Shown: piece by piece, positions 1 to 12,120 of the stretch
How the letters are laid out: each line of letters begins with the position of its first letter
Numbering within the stretch: position 1 is the stretch's first letter
From: an uncultured Cohaesibacter sp.
Lineage (GTDB): Bacteria; Pseudomonadota; Alphaproteobacteria; Rhizobiales; Cohaesibacteraceae
Assembly (NCBI GenBank): GCA_963682185.1
Contig: OY821667.1
Location: 702,109-726,108, forward strand
Length of the DNA stretch: 24,000 nucleotides
Direction of reading: 5' to 3'
Position numbers and translations under genes: made by a program
Notes under the pieces: model-generated
Seen by the model: the letters and a program-made list of their open reading frames with translations, nothing else
Told to the model about the DNA's origin: nothing
Databases searched by the model: none

Positions 1-5
1 CCGTT

Positions 6-40
6 GATCTAATTTCGACCGTAAAGACCGAAATTAGATC
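6..40 (-). repeat. Perfect 12-bp inverted repeat (GATCTAATTTCG / CGAAATTAGATC) with an 11-nt loop, in the rpsH-downstream intergenic region
   Basis: Read directly: bases 6-17 pair perfectly with 29-40. It lies 25 nt downstream of the rpsH stop (65-67) on the transcribed strand. No U-tract is visible before the window ends. Confidence 0.6.
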
Positions 41-64
41 TGAGATAACAAGGTTCAAACCACA

Positions 65-463
65 TCAGAAGACGCGGCAGAGAACCTCACCACCCACGTT
101 GTTCTCGCGAGCGTCATGATCGGCCATAACCCCTTTCGGAGTGGAGACGATCGACACGCCCAGACCGTTGTGAATGATCGGAATATTCTTAACCGATGCA
201 TACACGCGACGACCAGGCTTGGACACGCGTTGGATTTCACGGATCACCGGCTCTCCATCGAAGTATTTCAGCTCGACCTCGAGTTCGGACTTGCCGCCTT
301 CGAATTCGACGGTGGTGTAGCCGCGGATGTACCCTTCTGAAGCCAAAACGTCAAGCACGCGCTGACGCAATTTGGATGCAGGAGTGGAAACCTTTGTTTT
401 TTTACGCATCTGCGCATTGCGGATGCGGGTCAACATATCCCCAAGGGGATCAGTCATTGCCAT
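65..463 (-). CDS. rpsH: 30S ribosomal protein S8
   Basis: 132-aa ORF. N-terminus [17 protein letters not shown] and C-terminus GGEVLCRVF are typical S8. It follows S14 in spc-operon order. Confidence 0.97.
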   Translation of the reverse strand: MAMTDPLGDMLTRIRNAQMRKKTKVSTPASKLRQRVLDVLASEGYIRGYTTVEFEGGKSELEVELKYFDGEPVIREIQRVSKPGRRVYASVKNIPIIHNGLGVSIVSTPKGVMADHDARENNVGGEVLCRVF

Positions 464-476
464 GGGACCGCGCTCC

Positions 477-782
477 TTACCAGCTCGACTTCACCAGGCC
501 AGGGATTTGACCCTCGTTGCCCAGTTCGCGAAGTGAAATACGGGACATCTTCAATTTGCGATAGTAGCCGCGTGGACGGCCAGTCACTTCGCAACGATTG
601 CGGATGCGGATGGATGCGGAGTTGCGTGGAAGCTCTGCAAGTTTCAAACGAGCCTTGAAGCGCTCTTCAAGCGACAGGGACTCATCCTTTGCCAGGGCTT
701 TCAGCTTTGCACGCTTTGCAGAATATTTGTCTGCCAGCCGTGCGCGAGCTTTGTTCTTTTCGACAGCGCTCTTTTTAGCCAT
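477..782 (-). CDS. rpsN: 30S ribosomal protein S14 (long, zinc-free form)
   Basis: 101-aa [16 protein letters not shown]... ending [21 protein letters not shown]. It lacks the CxxC pairs of the short form. Positioned between rplE and rpsH. Confidence 0.96.
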   Translation of the reverse strand: MAKKSAVEKNKARARLADKYSAKRAKLKALAKDESLSLEERFKARLKLAELPRNSASIRIRNRCEVTGRPRGYYRKLKMSRISLRELGNEGQIPGLVKSSW

Positions 783-811
783 TACATATTCCTCGTACTT
801 TCCGCGGGACC

Positions 812-1369
812 TTAACGGTTGAACGGGAAGTTGAATTCTGTCAGAAGGGCGCGTGCTTCATCATCGTTGCTCGTGCTCGTGCAAACGATAATGTCCATGC
901 CCCAGATCTGGTCAACTTTGTCATAATCGATCTCTGGAAAGACGATATGCTCTTTCAGGCCCATGGCATAGTTGCCGTTGCCGTCAAAGCTCTTCCCGTT
1001 AAGACCACGGAAGTCGCGTACGCGAGGCAGCGCGATTGTGATCAGACGATCGAGAAATTCATACATACGGTCGCCGCGCAGAGTAACTTTTACACCAATC
1101 GGCATGCCTTCACGAACCTTGAAGGTCGCGATGGATTTGCGCGCTTTGGTCACTACCGGCTGCTGACCGGCAATTGCCTGCAGATCTTCCAAGGCAGACT
1201 TAACTTTCTTGGAATCGTTAACCGCTTCACCAACGCCCATGTTCAGAACGACTTTTTCAAGCTTCGGCATCCGGTGAGGATTGGAGAAGTTGAACTGTTC
1301 CTGCATTTTGGCGCGGATGACATCTTCATACAGCGTCTTGAGACGCGGGGTGTAAGCAGCCTCAGCCAT
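812..1369 (-). CDS. rplE: 50S ribosomal protein L5
   Basis: 185-aa ORF with [15 protein letters not shown] and MYEFLDRLI motifs. Its ATG overlaps the rplX stop by 8 nt (ATGGCTGA). Confidence 0.97.
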   Translation of the reverse strand: MAEAAYTPRLKTLYEDVIRAKMQEQFNFSNPHRMPKLEKVVLNMGVGEAVNDSKKVKSALEDLQAIAGQQPVVTKARKSIATFKVREGMPIGVKVTLRGDRMYEFLDRLITIALPRVRDFRGLNGKSFDGNGNYAMGLKEHIVFPEIDYDKVDQIWGMDIIVCTSTSNDDEARALLTEFNFPFNR

Positions 1370-1676
1370 CGATCACATCTCCCGAACGCTTGGCTACACG
1401 CACTTTGTTACCGTCCTTGACAGTGAAACCAACACGGGTCGGTTTGTTGTCTTTAGGATCAGCCAGTGCCAGGTTGGACAGATGAATCGGGGCTTCTTTA
1501 TTGACGATGCCCGCTTCCTGCATCTGGTTCTGACGCTGATGGCGTTTGACCATGTTGATACCGCGCACGATAGCCCGCTCTTCAGCAGGCATCACTTGCA
1601 CAATTTCACCGCTCTTGCCCTTGTCTTTCCCGGCAAGAACAATGACGCGATCACCCTTTTTGAGTTTCGCAGCCAT
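1362..1676 (-). CDS. rplX: 50S ribosomal protein L24
   Basis: 104-aa ORF with KOW motif [20 protein letters not shown]. Its start overlaps the rplN stop by 1 nt (TAATG). Confidence 0.96.
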   Translation of the reverse strand: MAAKLKKGDRVIVLAGKDKGKSGEIVQVMPAEERAIVRGINMVKRHQRQNQMQEAGIVNKEAPIHLSNLALADPKDNKPTRVGFTVKDGNKVRVAKRSGDVIDG

Positions 1677-2044
1677 TACAGCACCTCCGGAGCAAGGGAA
1701 ATGATCTTCATATGGTTATGAGCACGCAGCTCACGAGGAACCGGGCCGAAGATACGGGTACCGATTGGTTCCTTGTTGTTGTTCACCAGAACAGCTGCAC
1801 TGCGGTCAAAACGGATGACGCTGCCGTCCGGACGACGAATGGCTTTTGCGGTACGAACCACAACTGCCTTCATCACATCGCCCTTCTTAACACGCCCACG
1901 CGGAATCGCTTCCTTGACAGATACGACGATGATATCGCCGATCCCTGCGTATTTCCGTTTGGAGCCGCCGAGCACTTTGATGCACATGACACGACGTGCG
2001 CCGGAGTTATCCGCGACGTCAAGGTTTGTTTGCATCTGAATCAT
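1676..2044 (-). CDS. rplN: 50S ribosomal protein L14
   Basis: 122-aa [31 protein letters not shown]..., a near-universal L14 N-terminus. First gene of the spc block. Confidence 0.98.
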   Translation of the reverse strand: MIQMQTNLDVADNSGARRVMCIKVLGGSKRKYAGIGDIIVVSVKEAIPRGRVKKGDVMKAVVVRTAKAIRRPDGSVIRFDRSAAVLVNNNKEPIGTRIFGPVPRELRAHNHMKIISLAPEVL

Positions 2045-2114
2045 GACTGGCCGCCTTTTTTATTCTCCCCTAACGCATCACTGCGCAGGGTTTACGTCCA
2101 ATTGCCAAGCCGGA

Positions 2115-2360
2115 TTAAGAGGTAGGAAGTTCCGTACCTACTACAACCCAACGTTTCGATTTAGAAATAGGTGCGGACTCCTGAATGAAGATCTGATCAC
2201 CTACTTTGAAGGAATTCCCCTCGTCATGAGCTTGATAACGCTTGGAACGACGCACAGTCTTCTTGAGAAGCGGGTGCGTGAAACGGCGTTCAACCTTCAC
2301 AACGACAGTCTTGTCCTGCTTGTCGCTGACGACGAGGCCTTGCAAAATTCTCTTTGGCAT
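2115..2360 (-). CDS. rpsQ: 30S ribosomal protein S17
   Basis: The ORF-track entry is 90 aa. The conserved S17 N-terminus [14 protein letters not shown] begins at the internal ATG at 2360, preceded by AGGAGAG. That start lies 11 nt after the rpmC stop, whereas the longer ORF would overlap rpmC. The trimmed product is 81 aa. Confidence 0.93.
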   Translation of the reverse strand: MPKRILQGLVVSDKQDKTVVVKVERRFTHPLLKKTVRRSKRYQAHDEGNSFKVGDQIFIQESAPISKSKRWVVVGTELPTS

Positions 2361-2370
2361 CCCGTCTCTC

Positions 2371-2571
2371 CTATTCTGCTGACTCAACGCGCTTTTGCTG
2401 CGCGATGGTCATCAGGCGTGCAATATCACGACGAACTTCGCGAACACGCACGGTATTTTCCAACTGACCAGTTGCCTTCTGAAAGCGCAGGTTGAACTGC
2501 TCTTTCTTCAGCTTTTCCAACTCATCAGCAATTTGATCCGCTGTCATCGCGCGGACATCTGATGCTTTCAT
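2371..2571 (-). CDS. rpmC: 50S ribosomal protein L29
   Basis: 66-aa ORF with [24 protein letters not shown], typical L29. Positioned between rplP and rpsQ. Confidence 0.95.
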   Translation of the reverse strand: MKASDVRAMTADQIADELEKLKKEQFNLRFQKATGQLENTVRVREVRRDIARLMTIAQQKRVESAE

Positions 2572-2591
2572 CGGGTTATCCCTTCACACCG

Positions 2592-3005
2592 TTAGTCGGC
2601 GATGCGCTGTACGAAGCGTGTCTTGATAGGCAACTTCGCAGCGGCAAGCCGCATGGCTTCCCGAGCAATATCCTCAGGTACACCATCGATTTCAAACATA
2701 ATACGGCCCGGTGCTACACGAGCTGCCCAATATTCAGGAGAACCCTTACCTTTACCCATGCGGACTTCGGTAGGTTTCTTGGATACTGGCAGGTCCGGGA
2801 ACACACGGATCCACACACGACCGGCACGCTTCATGTGACGGGTCATAGCACGACGCGCAGCCTCGATCTGACGAGCGGTGATACGCGCAGGCTCCTGAGC
2901 CTTCAGGCCGTAGGCACCAAAGCTGAGCTCATAGCCCCCTTTGGCGTTGCCGTGAATGCGGCCCTTGTGCTGCTTGCGATATTTAGTGCGCTTTGGTTGC
3001 AGCAT
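2592..3005 (-). CDS. rplP: 50S ribosomal protein L16
   Basis: 137-aa [19 protein letters not shown]..., the hallmark L16 N-terminus. Confidence 0.98.
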   Translation of the reverse strand: MLQPKRTKYRKQHKGRIHGNAKGGYELSFGAYGLKAQEPARITARQIEAARRAMTRHMKRAGRVWIRVFPDLPVSKKPTEVRMGKGKGSPEYWAARVAPGRIMFEIDGVPEDIAREAMRLAAAKLPIKTRFVQRIAD

Positions 3006-3039
3006 TGTGTTTCTCTCTTAACTCAGTTTGTAACCGACA

Positions 3040-3762
3040 TTAAGCAGCAGGTTTATTGCTACGACGGCGCTGGTTGCTGTTATTGCCCTGATCCTGGTTT
3101 TCAGAAGCGCGACGTTCAGAGGCCATTGGATCATGTTCCATGATCTCGCCCTTGTAGATCCACACTTTGATACCAGAGATGCCATAAGCAGTCAGTGCTT
3201 CAGCAGTACCATAGTCAATGTCAGCGCGCAGAGTATGAAGCGGAACGCGACCTTCACGATACCATTCGGTACGTGCGATCTCGGCACCACCCAGACGGCC
3301 TGCACAGTTGATACGAATGCCTTCGGCGCCCATCCGCATAGCGGACTGAACGGCCCGTTTCATCGCGCGACGGAAAGCCACACGGCGTTCCAGCTGCTGA
3401 GCGATGGACTGAGCAACGAGGTTGGCATCTGTTTCCGGCTTACGTACCTCAACAATGTTGATATGTACATCGGAAGTTGTCAGCTTGCCAACTTTCGCAC
3501 GAAGTTTTTCGATATCGGCGCCTTTTTTGCCGATTACGATGCCCGGACGTGCAGAGTGAATGGTCACACGGCACTTTTTGTGCGGACGCTCGATAACGAT
3601 CTTGGATACGGCTGCCTGCTTGAGTTCTTTTTCCAGCATGCTGCGAATTGCAAAATCTTCATGAAGAAGATCGCCATATTCGCCTTTGTCAGCATACCAG
3701 CGAGAATCCCAAGTGCGGTTGATCCCAAGACGAAGACCAATTGGATTAACCTTGTGACCCAT
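3040..3762 (-). CDS. rpsC: 30S ribosomal protein S3
   Basis: 240-aa [27 protein letters not shown]... with a KH domain and a basic, low-complexity C-terminal tail. Its start overlaps the rplV stop by 1 nt. Confidence 0.98.
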   Translation of the reverse strand: MGHKVNPIGLRLGINRTWDSRWYADKGEYGDLLHEDFAIRSMLEKELKQAAVSKIVIERPHKKCRVTIHSARPGIVIGKKGADIEKLRAKVGKLTTSDVHINIVEVRKPETDANLVAQSIAQQLERRVAFRRAMKRAVQSAMRMGAEGIRINCAGRLGGAEIARTEWYREGRVPLHTLRADIDYGTAEALTAYGISGIKVWIYKGEIMEHDPMASERRASENQDQGNNSNQRRRSNKPAA

Positions 3763-4142
3763 CAGGCTGTCTCCTCAACTTCACGAACAACAATCGTCAG
3801 GTTGGAGAAAGGCTTGAGGATCTTGCCAACACGACCACGAGCACGTGGCTGCCAGCGTTTCATCACAAGTGCCTTACCAACATAAGCTTCTGCCACGATC
3901 AGGCTGTCAACATCCAGTTCATGGTTGTTTTCAGCGTTTGCGATCGCAGATTCCAAACATTTCTTTACATCTTTCGCGATGCGTTTGGAGGAGAAGGTCA
4001 GGTCAGCCAGAGCCGTATCAACCTTTTTCCCCCGAATCATCGTTGCGACAAGGTTCAGCTTCTGCGGAGACGTGCGAAGCATGCGGGTTACCGCTTTAGC
4101 TTCGTTGTCTTTCAAGACGCGTGCGCGTTTTGCCTTACCCAT
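3762..4142 (-). CDS. rplV: 50S ribosomal protein L22
   Basis: 126-aa ORF with [19 protein letters not shown], typical L22. Its start overlaps the rpsS stop by 1 nt. Confidence 0.96.
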   Translation of the reverse strand: MGKAKRARVLKDNEAKAVTRMLRTSPQKLNLVATMIRGKKVDTALADLTFSSKRIAKDVKKCLESAIANAENNHELDVDSLIVAEAYVGKALVMKRWQPRARGRVGKILKPFSNLTIVVREVEETA

Positions 4143-4420
4143 TATTTCCTCCTAGCCTTCTTGTCGGCCCCGTGACCGTAATAGTTACGGGTCGGAGAAA
4201 ATTCGCCCAACTTGTGACCGACCATCTCCTCAGAGACGAGAACCGGTACATGCTTCTGACCATTATACACACCAAAGGTGAGCCCGACGAAGTGAGGCAA
4301 GATCGTGGAGCGACGGCTCCAGGTCTTGATCACTTCGTGACGACCAGAAGAGCGAACCTTGTCTGCCTTCTTCAGAAGGTATCCGTCTACAAACGGACCT
4401 TTCCAAACAGAACGTGCCAT
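4142..4420 (-). CDS. rpsS: 30S ribosomal protein S19
   Basis: 92-aa [21 protein letters not shown]...[11 protein letters not shown], typical S19. Confidence 0.98.
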   Translation of the reverse strand: MARSVWKGPFVDGYLLKKADKVRSSGRHEVIKTWSRRSTILPHFVGLTFGVYNGQKHVPVLVSEEMVGHKLGEFSPTRNYYGHGADKKARRK

Positions 4421-4430
4421 CGGTTAACCC

Positions 4431-5267
4431 TTATTTCTTGCGCTGATGACGACTACGAACAATAAACTTGTCGGTCGACTTGTTAGAGCGAGTACGCTTG
4501 CCTTTGGTAGGCTTGCCCCATGGAGACACAGGGTGACGACCACCAGAGGTCCGGCCTTCACCACCACCATGTGGGTGATCAACCGGGTTCATAACGACAC
4601 CGCGCACTTCTGGACGTTTACCGAGCCAACGGCTACGACCAGCTTTACCATGATTGATGTTTGAATGTTCCGGGTTGGAAACTGCACCGACGCTTGCCAT
4701 GCAAGAACCAAGCACCAGACGGGTTTCACCCGAATTCAAACGAATGATTGCATAACCGCTATCACGACCAACAAGCTGAGCGTAAGCACCGGCAGAGCGA
4801 GCAATCTGACCGCCTTTGCCTGGCTTGATCTCTACGTTGTAGATGATCGTGCCAACTGGCATGTTGGCCAGAGGCATAGCGTTGCCCGGTTTGATGTCGG
4901 CAGCTTTACTAGCAGCTACAACCTTGTCACCAGCTTTAAGGCGCTGAGGAGCCAGGATGTATGCCTGTTCGCCGTCTTCATAATTAACCAGAGCAATATA
5001 TGCCGTACGGTTTGGATCATATTCCAGACGCTCTACCGTACCAACAACGTCAAACTTACGACGTTTGAAGTCGATGATGCGATAGGTACGCTTATGACCG
5101 CCACCACGACGACGTGATGTCACGCGACCATGGTTGTTACGACCGCCAGACTTGGTCAAGCCTTCGGTGAGCGTTTTGACCGGTTTCCCCTTCCAAAGAT
5201 CGGAGCGGTCTACGATCACCAGCTGACGCGTGCCTGGGCTTGTCGGTTTAAAGGTCTTGAGTGCCAT
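4431..5267 (-). CDS. rplB: 50S ribosomal protein L2
   Basis: 278-aa [18 protein letters not shown]... with [26 protein letters not shown], the universal L2 motif. Confidence 0.98.
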   Translation of the reverse strand: MALKTFKPTSPGTRQLVIVDRSDLWKGKPVKTLTEGLTKSGGRNNHGRVTSRRRGGGHKRTYRIIDFKRRKFDVVGTVERLEYDPNRTAYIALVNYEDGEQAYILAPQRLKAGDKVVAASKAADIKPGNAMPLANMPVGTIIYNVEIKPGKGGQIARSAGAYAQLVGRDSGYAIIRLNSGETRLVLGSCMASVGAVSNPEHSNINHGKAGRSRWLGKRPEVRGVVMNPVDHPHGGGEGRTSGGRHPVSPWGKPTKGKRTRSNKSTDKFIVRSRHQRKK

Positions 5268-5292
5268 GACTTAAAGCCTATCCCCGCGTTGC

Positions 5293-5586
5293 TTAAAGAC
5301 CAGTCGTGACGTCAATCGATTGGCCCTCTTCGAGGGTAACAATCGCTTTTTTCACGTCGACCTGCTTGCCGATAATGCCTTTGAAGCGTTTAACCTTGCC
5401 CTTGCGGACCAGAGTGTTGACGCTTTTGACCTTGACGGAAAACAGTGCCTCTACGGCGGCCTTGATTTCAGTTTTAGTCGCATCCTTGGATACGTTGAAA
5501 ACAACCTTGTCCTGTTCGGAATGAATGGTTGCCTTCTCGGTGATCACCGGGCTGCGGATGATATCGTAATGACGAAGGGTGGTCAT
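5293..5586 (-). CDS. rplW: 50S ribosomal protein L23
   Basis: 97-aa ORF with [14 protein letters not shown] and KKAIVTL motifs. Its start overlaps the rplD stop by 4 nt (ATGA). Confidence 0.96.
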   Translation of the reverse strand: MTTLRHYDIIRSPVITEKATIHSEQDKVVFNVSKDATKTEIKAAVEALFSVKVKSVNTLVRKGKVKRFKGIIGKQVDVKKAIVTLEEGQSIDVTTGL

Positions 5587-6203
5587 TTGAACCGTTCCTC
5601 CAGAGCATCGACTGCGGCCTTGGTCAGAACCAGAGTGTCGCGACGCAGAACATCAAGAACGTTGATGCCCTGTACCGGCAACACATCGATACCGACAATA
5701 TTGCGGGCAGCTTTTGCAAAGTTCTCGTCCACTTCCTTACCGGAAATGATCAGAGCGCTTTCGATGCCCAGACCGGAAATCTGTTTCTTTACGGCTGCGG
5801 TCTTTGGTGCTTCTGCCTTCGCATCATCAAGAATGATCAGATTGTCATTCTTCACTTTGGTAGACAGGGCATGTTTGAGCGCAAGCGCACGAACCTTTTT
5901 AGGCAGCTCGATTGCATGGTCACGAACAACCGGACCAAACGCACGACCACCACCACGGAACTGTGGAACCTTCTTGTTGCCGTGACGAGCGCCACCAGAA
6001 CCCTTCTGACGAAGGTATTTCTTGGTAGTACCGATCACTTCAGCACGGGTCTTGGTTTTGTGCGTACCAGCCATTTTCTTCATCTGCTGGAAGCGAACCA
6101 TGCGGGCAATGATGTCCGCGCGTGGTTCGAGACCAAATACAGTGTCGGAAACAGCTACTGAACCTGCATCACCGCCATCAAGGGTTTTAACTTTAAGTTC
6201 CAT
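5583..6203 (-). CDS. rplD: 50S ribosomal protein L4
   Basis: 206-aa ORF with [27 protein letters not shown], typical L4. Its start overlaps the rplC stop by 1 nt (TAATG). Confidence 0.97.
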   Translation of the reverse strand: MELKVKTLDGGDAGSVAVSDTVFGLEPRADIIARMVRFQQMKKMAGTHKTKTRAEVIGTTKKYLRQKGSGGARHGNKKVPQFRGGGRAFGPVVRDHAIELPKKVRALALKHALSTKVKNDNLIILDDAKAEAPKTAAVKKQISGLGIESALIISGKEVDENFAKAARNIVGIDVLPVQGINVLDVLRRDTLVLTKAAVDALEERFK

Positions 6204-6922
6204 TATTCTTCACCCTCCGCTGCTGGCGCTTCAGCTGCTGGAGCGTCTGCGCTACGGATAGCACCAGGAAGTGGAACCCCTTCAGGACGTGCCTTCTTGA
6301 CAGCATCCTTGATAAGAATCCAACCGCCCTTGGAACCAGGAACAGCACCCTGAACCAGAACCAGACCACGGTCGGCATCGGTTTTAACAACCTTCAGATT
6401 CTGCGTCGTCACGCGGGTGGAACCCATGTGACCAGCCATCTTTTTGCCTTTAAAGACCTTGCCTGGATCCTGACACTGACCGGTAGAGCCGTGGGAACGG
6501 TGAGAAATGGAGTTACCGTGCGTTGCACGTCCACCACCGAAATTGTGACGTTTCATGGCACCGGCGAAGCCTTTACCAATTGACGTACCAACAACATCCA
6601 CATGCTGACCAGCAATATAGTGATCCGCAGTCAACTCAGAACCAACCTCGATGAGGTTTTCTTCGCTTACGCGGAATTCAGCAAGTTTACGCTTCGGTTC
6701 AACCTTTGCTACGGCGAAGTGGCCGCGCATTGGCTTCGAAACATTTTTTACTTTGGCTTTACCTACACCCAACTGAAGTGCGGTATAGCCGTTTTTCTCT
6801 ACAGTACGCTGAGCAACAACCTGGCAATTCTCAACTTTGAGAACCGTAACCGGAACATGTTCTCCGGCTTCGGTATAAATGCGGGTCATTCCCAACTTCT
6901 GTGCGATCACACCAGAACGCAT
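6203..6922 (-). CDS. rplC: 50S ribosomal protein L3
   Basis: 239-aa [20 protein letters not shown]... with [30 protein letters not shown]. Ala/Glu-rich C-terminal tail. Confidence 0.97.
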   Translation of the reverse strand: MRSGVIAQKLGMTRIYTEAGEHVPVTVLKVENCQVVAQRTVEKNGYTALQLGVGKAKVKNVSKPMRGHFAVAKVEPKRKLAEFRVSEENLIEVGSELTADHYIAGQHVDVVGTSIGKGFAGAMKRHNFGGGRATHGNSISHRSHGSTGQCQDPGKVFKGKKMAGHMGSTRVTTQNLKVVKTDADRGLVLVQGAVPGSKGGWILIKDAVKKARPEGVPLPGAIRSADAPAAEAPAAEGEE

Positions 6923-6946
6923 GGCTACTCTTGCCTCTCGCTCACG

Positions 6947-7255
6947 TTAGAGCTTAATTTCAACGTCCACACCGGCCGCAAGATCTAGCTTCATGAGGGC
7001 ATCAACCGTCTGAGGGGTCGGGTCGATGATGTCGAGGAGACGCTTGTGCGTACGGATCTCGAACTGCTCACGGCTTTTCTTGTTAACATGCGGCGAACGG
7101 TTGACAGTGAACTTCTCGATATGGGTCGGAAGAGGAACTGGACCACGAACATTTGCGCCAGTGCGCTTAGCTGTGGACACGATTTCCTTTGCTGACGTAT
7201 CGAGAATGCGATGGTCGAATGCCTTAAGGCGAATTCGAATATTCTGACCGTTCAT
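6947..7255 (-). CDS. rpsJ: 30S ribosomal protein S10 (NusE)
   Basis: The ORF-track entry is 116 aa. The conserved S10 N-terminus [19 protein letters not shown] starts at the internal ATG at 7255, preceded by GAGG. The trimmed product is 102 aa. Confidence 0.95.
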   Translation of the reverse strand: MNGQNIRIRLKAFDHRILDTSAKEIVSTAKRTGANVRGPVPLPTHIEKFTVNRSPHVNKKSREQFEIRTHKRLLDIIDPTPQTVDALMKLDLAAGVDVEIKL

Positions 7256-7276
7256 ATTTTCAACCTCAAAAGACTG

Positions 7277-7295
7277 GGGTGCTTTGGGAGCACCC
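7277..7295 (-). promoter_or_regulatory. Small stem-loop in the tuf-rpsJ spacer, followed 3 nt later by UCUUUU. Possible weak attenuator or processing structure.
   Basis: Read directly: 7277-7282 pairs with 7290-7295, a 6-bp GC-rich stem (GGGUGC/GCACCC) with a 7-nt loop. The stem is short and its function is not established. Confidence 0.3.
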
Positions 7296-7316
7296 ACAAC
7301 ACCCCTGCCCTAGTGA

Positions 7317-8507
<1,191 letters not shown>

Positions 8508-8598
8508 AGGAAAGTCTCCATTCTCAAAATTACATTAAGTGCGGCGGCTAGATCAGCTCACTGCAGAAACAATGAGCCGATCGACCAAACGATTTGAT

Positions 8599-10674
8599 TT
8601 AGGCGTATTTGGCCTGAACCTCATCTGCGACTGCCTGTGGCACCTGTGCGTAGTGATCAAACACCATGGAAAACTGCGCGCGACCCTGTGACATGGAACG
8701 AAGAGTGTTCACATAGCCAAACATGTTCGCCAGAGGCACCATGGAGCTAATGACAGTTACAACACCGCGGGCTTCAGTTCCGGAGATCTGACCGCGACGG
8801 GAGTTAATGTCGCCGATGATGTCACCCATATATTCTTCAGGGGTCACAACTTCGACTTTCATCATTGGTTCGAGCAGTTTCGGACCAGCTTTTTGACAAC
8901 CTTCACGGAAGCCCGCACGAGATGCGATCTCAAAGGCAAGAACGGAAGAGTCAACATCATGGAAGGCACCGTCGATCAGCTCGACTTTGATGTCTACCAT
9001 TGGGAAGCCAGCCAGAGGACCTGCGGTCATGACAGACTGGACACCTTTTTCAACGCCAGGGATGTATTCTTTCGGAATAGCACCACCAACGATGGAAGAT
9101 TTGAACTCGAAACCAGCACCAGGCTCATTCGGGCCAATAATCATCTTGACGCGACCGAACTGACCGGTACCACCCGACTGTTTCTTGTGGGTGTAATCGA
9201 CAGTTTCTTCTTTCGTGATGGTCTCACGATAAGCAACCTGAGGTGCACCGATCTGAGCTTCAACCTTGAATTCACGCTTCATACGATCAACGAGAATGTC
9301 GAGGTGAAGTTCACCCATGCCAGCCATGATGGTCTGACCGGATTCTTCATCCGTTTTAACGCGGAAGGAAGGATCCTCAGCAGCCAGACGGTTGAGCGCG
9401 AGGCCCATTTTTTCCTGGTCAGCTTTGGTCTTCGGCTCAACAGCGATCTCGATCACAGGCTCCGGGAATTCCATACGTTCAAGAATAACCGGCTTCAGCG
9501 GATCACAAAGAGTATCACCAGTGGTGGTATCTTTCAGACCTGCGATAGCAACGATGTCGCCTGCATATGCTTCCTTGATGTCCTCACGAGAGTTGGAGTG
9601 CATCTGGAGCATACGACCTACACGCTCGCGCTTTTCCTTAACGGTGTTGAGAACAGAAGTACCCGCCACCAGTTTACCGGAATAAATGCGGCAGAAGGTC
9701 AAAGAACCAACAAACGGGTCGTTCGCAATCTTGAACGCCAGCATGGAAAATGGTTCTTCATCATCTGCATGACGTTCGATCGGCTCTTCTGTCTTGGCAT
9801 CGATACCTCTGATGGATTCGATATCAACCGGGCTTGGCAGATAATCGACAACAGCATCAAGCAAAGGCTGAACGCCCTTGTTCTTGAAGGCAGTACCGCA
9901 AAGGATCGGAACGAATTCGTTGGCAATGGTGCCCTTACGGATCAGTTCCATGATCTTTTCGACGCTTGGCTCTTCACCTTCGAGATAAGCTTCCATTGCT
10001 TCTTCGTCGATTTCGACGACAGCTTCAATGAGCTTCTCACGATATTCCTGAGCCTGAGCAAGATCAGCTTCTGGAATGTCGTTGGTTTCAAACTCGGCAC
10101 CGAGGTGCTCTTCGTGCCAGATGATCTGTTTCATATTGAGCAGATCAATCACACCCTTGAATTCGCTTTCAGCACCAACTGGCAGCTGAAGGCAGAGCGG
10201 ATTGGCACCAAGGCGGCTCTCGATCATTTCTACACAACGGTAGAAATCAGCACCGAGCTTGTCCATCTTGTTGACGAAGATCATCCGAGGAACGGAGTAT
10301 TTGTCAGCCTGACGCCAAACGGTTTCAGTCTGAGGCTCAACACCAGCGTTCGCATCCAGGCAGCACACAGCGCCGTCAAGCACACGCAGAGAACGTTCAA
10401 CTTCAATGGTGAAGTCAACGTGGCCTGGGGTGTCGATGATGTTCAGACGCTTTTCACGCCAAAAACAAGTGGTTGCAGCGGACGTAATGGTAATACCACG
10501 TTCCTGCTCTTGTTCCATCCAGTCCATGGTGGCTGCACCATCATGAACTTCGCCAATCTTATGGCTTTTACCTGTGTAATAGAGGATCCGCTCAGTAGTG
10601 GTCGTCTTACCAGCATCAATGTGGGCCATGATGCCGAAGTTACGATAATCCTCAATCTTGTGGCTGCGTGCCAT
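8599..10674 (-). CDS. fusA: Translation elongation factor EF-G
   Basis: 691-aa ORF with [23 protein letters not shown] and NKMD motifs. Located between rpsG and tuf as in the str operon. Confidence 0.99.
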   Translation of the reverse strand: MARSHKIEDYRNFGIMAHIDAGKTTTTERILYYTGKSHKIGEVHDGAATMDWMEQEQERGITITSAATTCFWREKRLNIIDTPGHVDFTIEVERSLRVLDGAVCCLDANAGVEPQTETVWRQADKYSVPRMIFVNKMDKLGADFYRCVEMIESRLGANPLCLQLPVGAESEFKGVIDLLNMKQIIWHEEHLGAEFETNDIPEADLAQAQEYREKLIEAVVEIDEEAMEAYLEGEEPSVEKIMELIRKGTIANEFVPILCGTAFKNKGVQPLLDAVVDYLPSPVDIESIRGIDAKTEEPIERHADDEEPFSMLAFKIANDPFVGSLTFCRIYSGKLVAGTSVLNTVKEKRERVGRMLQMHSNSREDIKEAYAGDIVAIAGLKDTTTGDTLCDPLKPVILERMEFPEPVIEIAVEPKTKADQEKMGLALNRLAAEDPSFRVKTDEESGQTIMAGMGELHLDILVDRMKREFKVEAQIGAPQVAYRETITKEETVDYTHKKQSGGTGQFGRVKMIIGPNEPGAGFEFKSSIVGGAIPKEYIPGVEKGVQSVMTAGPLAGFPMVDIKVELIDGAFHDVDSSVLAFEIASRAGFREGCQKAGPKLLEPMMKVEVVTPEEYMGDIIGDINSRRGQISGTEARGVVTVISSMVPLANMFGYVNTLRSMSQGRAQFSMVFDHYAQVPQAVADEVQAKYA

Positions 10675-10692
10675 GACTTCGCCCCTAATGGT

Positions 10693-11163
10693 TTACCAGC
10701 GATAATGCGAGAAGGCACGGTTGGCTTCCGCCATACGGTGCGTGTCCTCGCGTTTTTTGACTGCAGAACCGCGATTGTTGAATGCATCCAGAAGCTCGCC
10801 GGAAAGGCGATCGATCATGGTGCGCTCGTTACGATTGCGGGCTGCTGCAATGATCCAACGGATAGCCAGGGCCTGTTTGCGTTCTGAACGAACATCAACA
10901 GGAACCTGGTAAGTCGCACCACCAACACGGCGAGAGCGAACTTCCACTTGAGGCATGACATTTTCCAGAGCAGTGTGGAACACTTCAACTGGGTCCTGCT
11001 TCAATTTTCCTTCAACAGAATCAAGTGCACCGTAAACGATGCTTTCTGAAACGGATTTTTTGCCGTCCAGCATGATGCTGTTCATGAATTTTGAAATAAC
11101 GATATCACCGAATTTAGGATCCGGGTTGATAACGCGTTTTTCTGCACTATGGCGACGTGACAT
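10693..11163 (-). CDS. rpsG: 30S ribosomal protein S7
   Basis: 156-aa [23 protein letters not shown]... ending AFSHYRW, typical S7. Confidence 0.98.
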   Translation of the reverse strand: MSRRHSAEKRVINPDPKFGDIVISKFMNSIMLDGKKSVSESIVYGALDSVEGKLKQDPVEVFHTALENVMPQVEVRSRRVGGATYQVPVDVRSERKQALAIRWIIAAARNRNERTMIDRLSGELLDAFNNRGSAVKKREDTHRMAEANRAFSHYRW

Positions 11164-11186
11164 GTGACCAGAACTCCAATAGCGGC

Positions 11187-11558
11187 TTATTTCGGCCGCT
11201 TCGCACCATATTTAGAACGGCGCTGTTTACGGTCTTTAACACCTTGTGTATCGAGAACACCGCGAAGGATGTGATAACGAACACCAGGCAAGTCTTTCAC
11301 GCGACCGCCGCGGATCATGACAACGGAGTGTTCCTGAAGGTTATGGCCCTCACCAGGGATGTAGCCAATTACTTCAAAACCGTTGGTCAAGCGAACCTTA
11401 GCAACCTTACGCAGAGCCGAGTTAGGCTTCTTAGGCGTAGTGGTGTAGACGCGCGTACAAACGCCCCGCTTCTGAGGGCAGGCCTCCATGGCCGGAACTT
11501 TGTTTCGCTTCACCGGCGCTTTGCGCGGCTTGCGAATAAGCTGGTTAATGGTTGGCAT
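11187..11558 (-). CDS. rpsL: 30S ribosomal protein S12
   Basis: The ORF-track entry is 193 aa. The conserved S12 sequence [13 protein letters not shown]... starts at the ATG at 11558. The 70-aa upstream extension has no S12 counterpart. The trimmed product is 123 aa. Confidence 0.97.
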   Translation of the reverse strand: MPTINQLIRKPRKAPVKRNKVPAMEACPQKRGVCTRVYTTTPKKPNSALRKVAKVRLTNGFEVIGYIPGEGHNLQEHSVVMIRGGRVKDLPGVRYHILRGVLDTQGVKDRKQRRSKYGAKRPK

Positions 11559-11801
11559 TAACGTGTGCCTTTCAGATCTCTCTGAATAATTACATATTGC
11601 ACCGTCCGCACGCGCAAAAGCGCACCATCGCGCGACCCTTGCCGCGAACGGCGCTGTGAAAACCAGAGGATTACGGCGAACCGCAATCATGAGCCAGTCA
11701 ATCTCAGCTTCATTAAGACGAACATCGTTTAAATGGTCTTGCGTCGAAAACGTGGCGCTTTCGATCATTGAGCACTTACGGCATGTTCGAGAAGTGGCGC
11801 G

Positions 11802-11830
11802 AAACTACTCTGAAGAATGCATTCCGTCAA
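11802..11830 (-). promoter_or_regulatory. Candidate sigma-70-type promoter for the rpsL (str) operon
   Basis: On the minus strand, TTGACG (11825-11830) is followed by 17 nt and then TAGTTT (11802-11807). This is the best -35/-10 spacing I can find in the spacer and implies a 5' UTR of roughly 230-240 nt. A second GGGTTGACG at 11930-11938 has no acceptable -10. Confidence 0.3.
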
Positions 11831-12108
11831 CCCCCTTGGTGAAGTTTCCCAGAACCCCTGCATTTGCGCCAAATGCGTGTACTTTTATTACCCAATTTCG
11901 ACCAAATCCGCAATATATGCATATGTCCGCGTCAACCCGTTGAAAAACTGCCGATTCTTCCCCAATTTCGCGCAGGATTCGGCCCCAATCAAAGCGCTCG
12001 TAAATGCCCTTAGTTGCAATAGATTCTTTGGCAAACTTTAACCACGCTACGCGTGATTCCGCATAAGTATGATGAAAAGGGATTGCCGCCCTGTTTGCTC
12101 TACCGACA

Positions 12109-12120
12109 CTTTAAAGAGCA
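12109..12120 (-). promoter_or_regulatory. boxA-like element (TGCTCTTTAAAG) in the rpoC-rpsL spacer
   Basis: The first 10 nt on the minus strand match the E. coli rrn boxA TGCTCTTTAACAA. The element is embedded in a 7-bp-stem hairpin (12095-12121). Confidence 0.3.

Noticed and set aside
8508-8598. 9-bp stem (with one G-U) in the fusA-tuf spacer, and a 7-bp stem in the rpoB-rpoC spacer (16548-16638), considered as possible terminators.
   Set aside because: Neither is followed by a U-tract, the loops are large (12-13 nt), and the genes are co-transcribed in all characterised systems. Stems of this size are expected by chance in 90-nt spacers.
8893-10887. 664-aa plus-strand ORF antisense to fusA. 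Similar ORFs include 780 aa (17263-19605) antisense to rpoB, 351 aa (7542-8597) antisense to tuf, 270 aa (13548-14360) and 194-203 aa antisense to rpoC, and 264 aa (22386-23180) antisense to rplA/rplK.
   Set aside because: Each lies entirely within a highly conserved, confidently identified minus-strand gene. The translations are low-complexity and rich in Arg, Thr, Phe and Val, with no recognisable motifs. Long stop-free antisense frames are a known by-product of strong codon bias in highly expressed genes.
11559-11768. 70-aa N-terminal extension of the rpsL ORF (193 aa in the ORF track). Analogous extensions exist for rpsJ (7256-7297), rpsQ (2361-2387) and rplJ (21882-21908).
   Set aside because: The conserved protein N-termini start at internal codons with proper Shine-Dalgarno spacing. 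The extensions have no counterpart in the protein families. In the rpsQ case the extension would overlap the upstream gene.
11656-12041. Plus-strand ORFs of 95 aa and 74 aa, and a 26-aa minus-strand ORF (ATG at 12180), in the rpoC-rpsL spacer as possible small proteins.
   Set aside because: They have no usable ribosome-binding site (the GGAG abuts the ATG of the 26-aa ORF). Their composition resembles random translation, with no recognisable domain or signal sequence. Nothing in the sequence alone supports coding.
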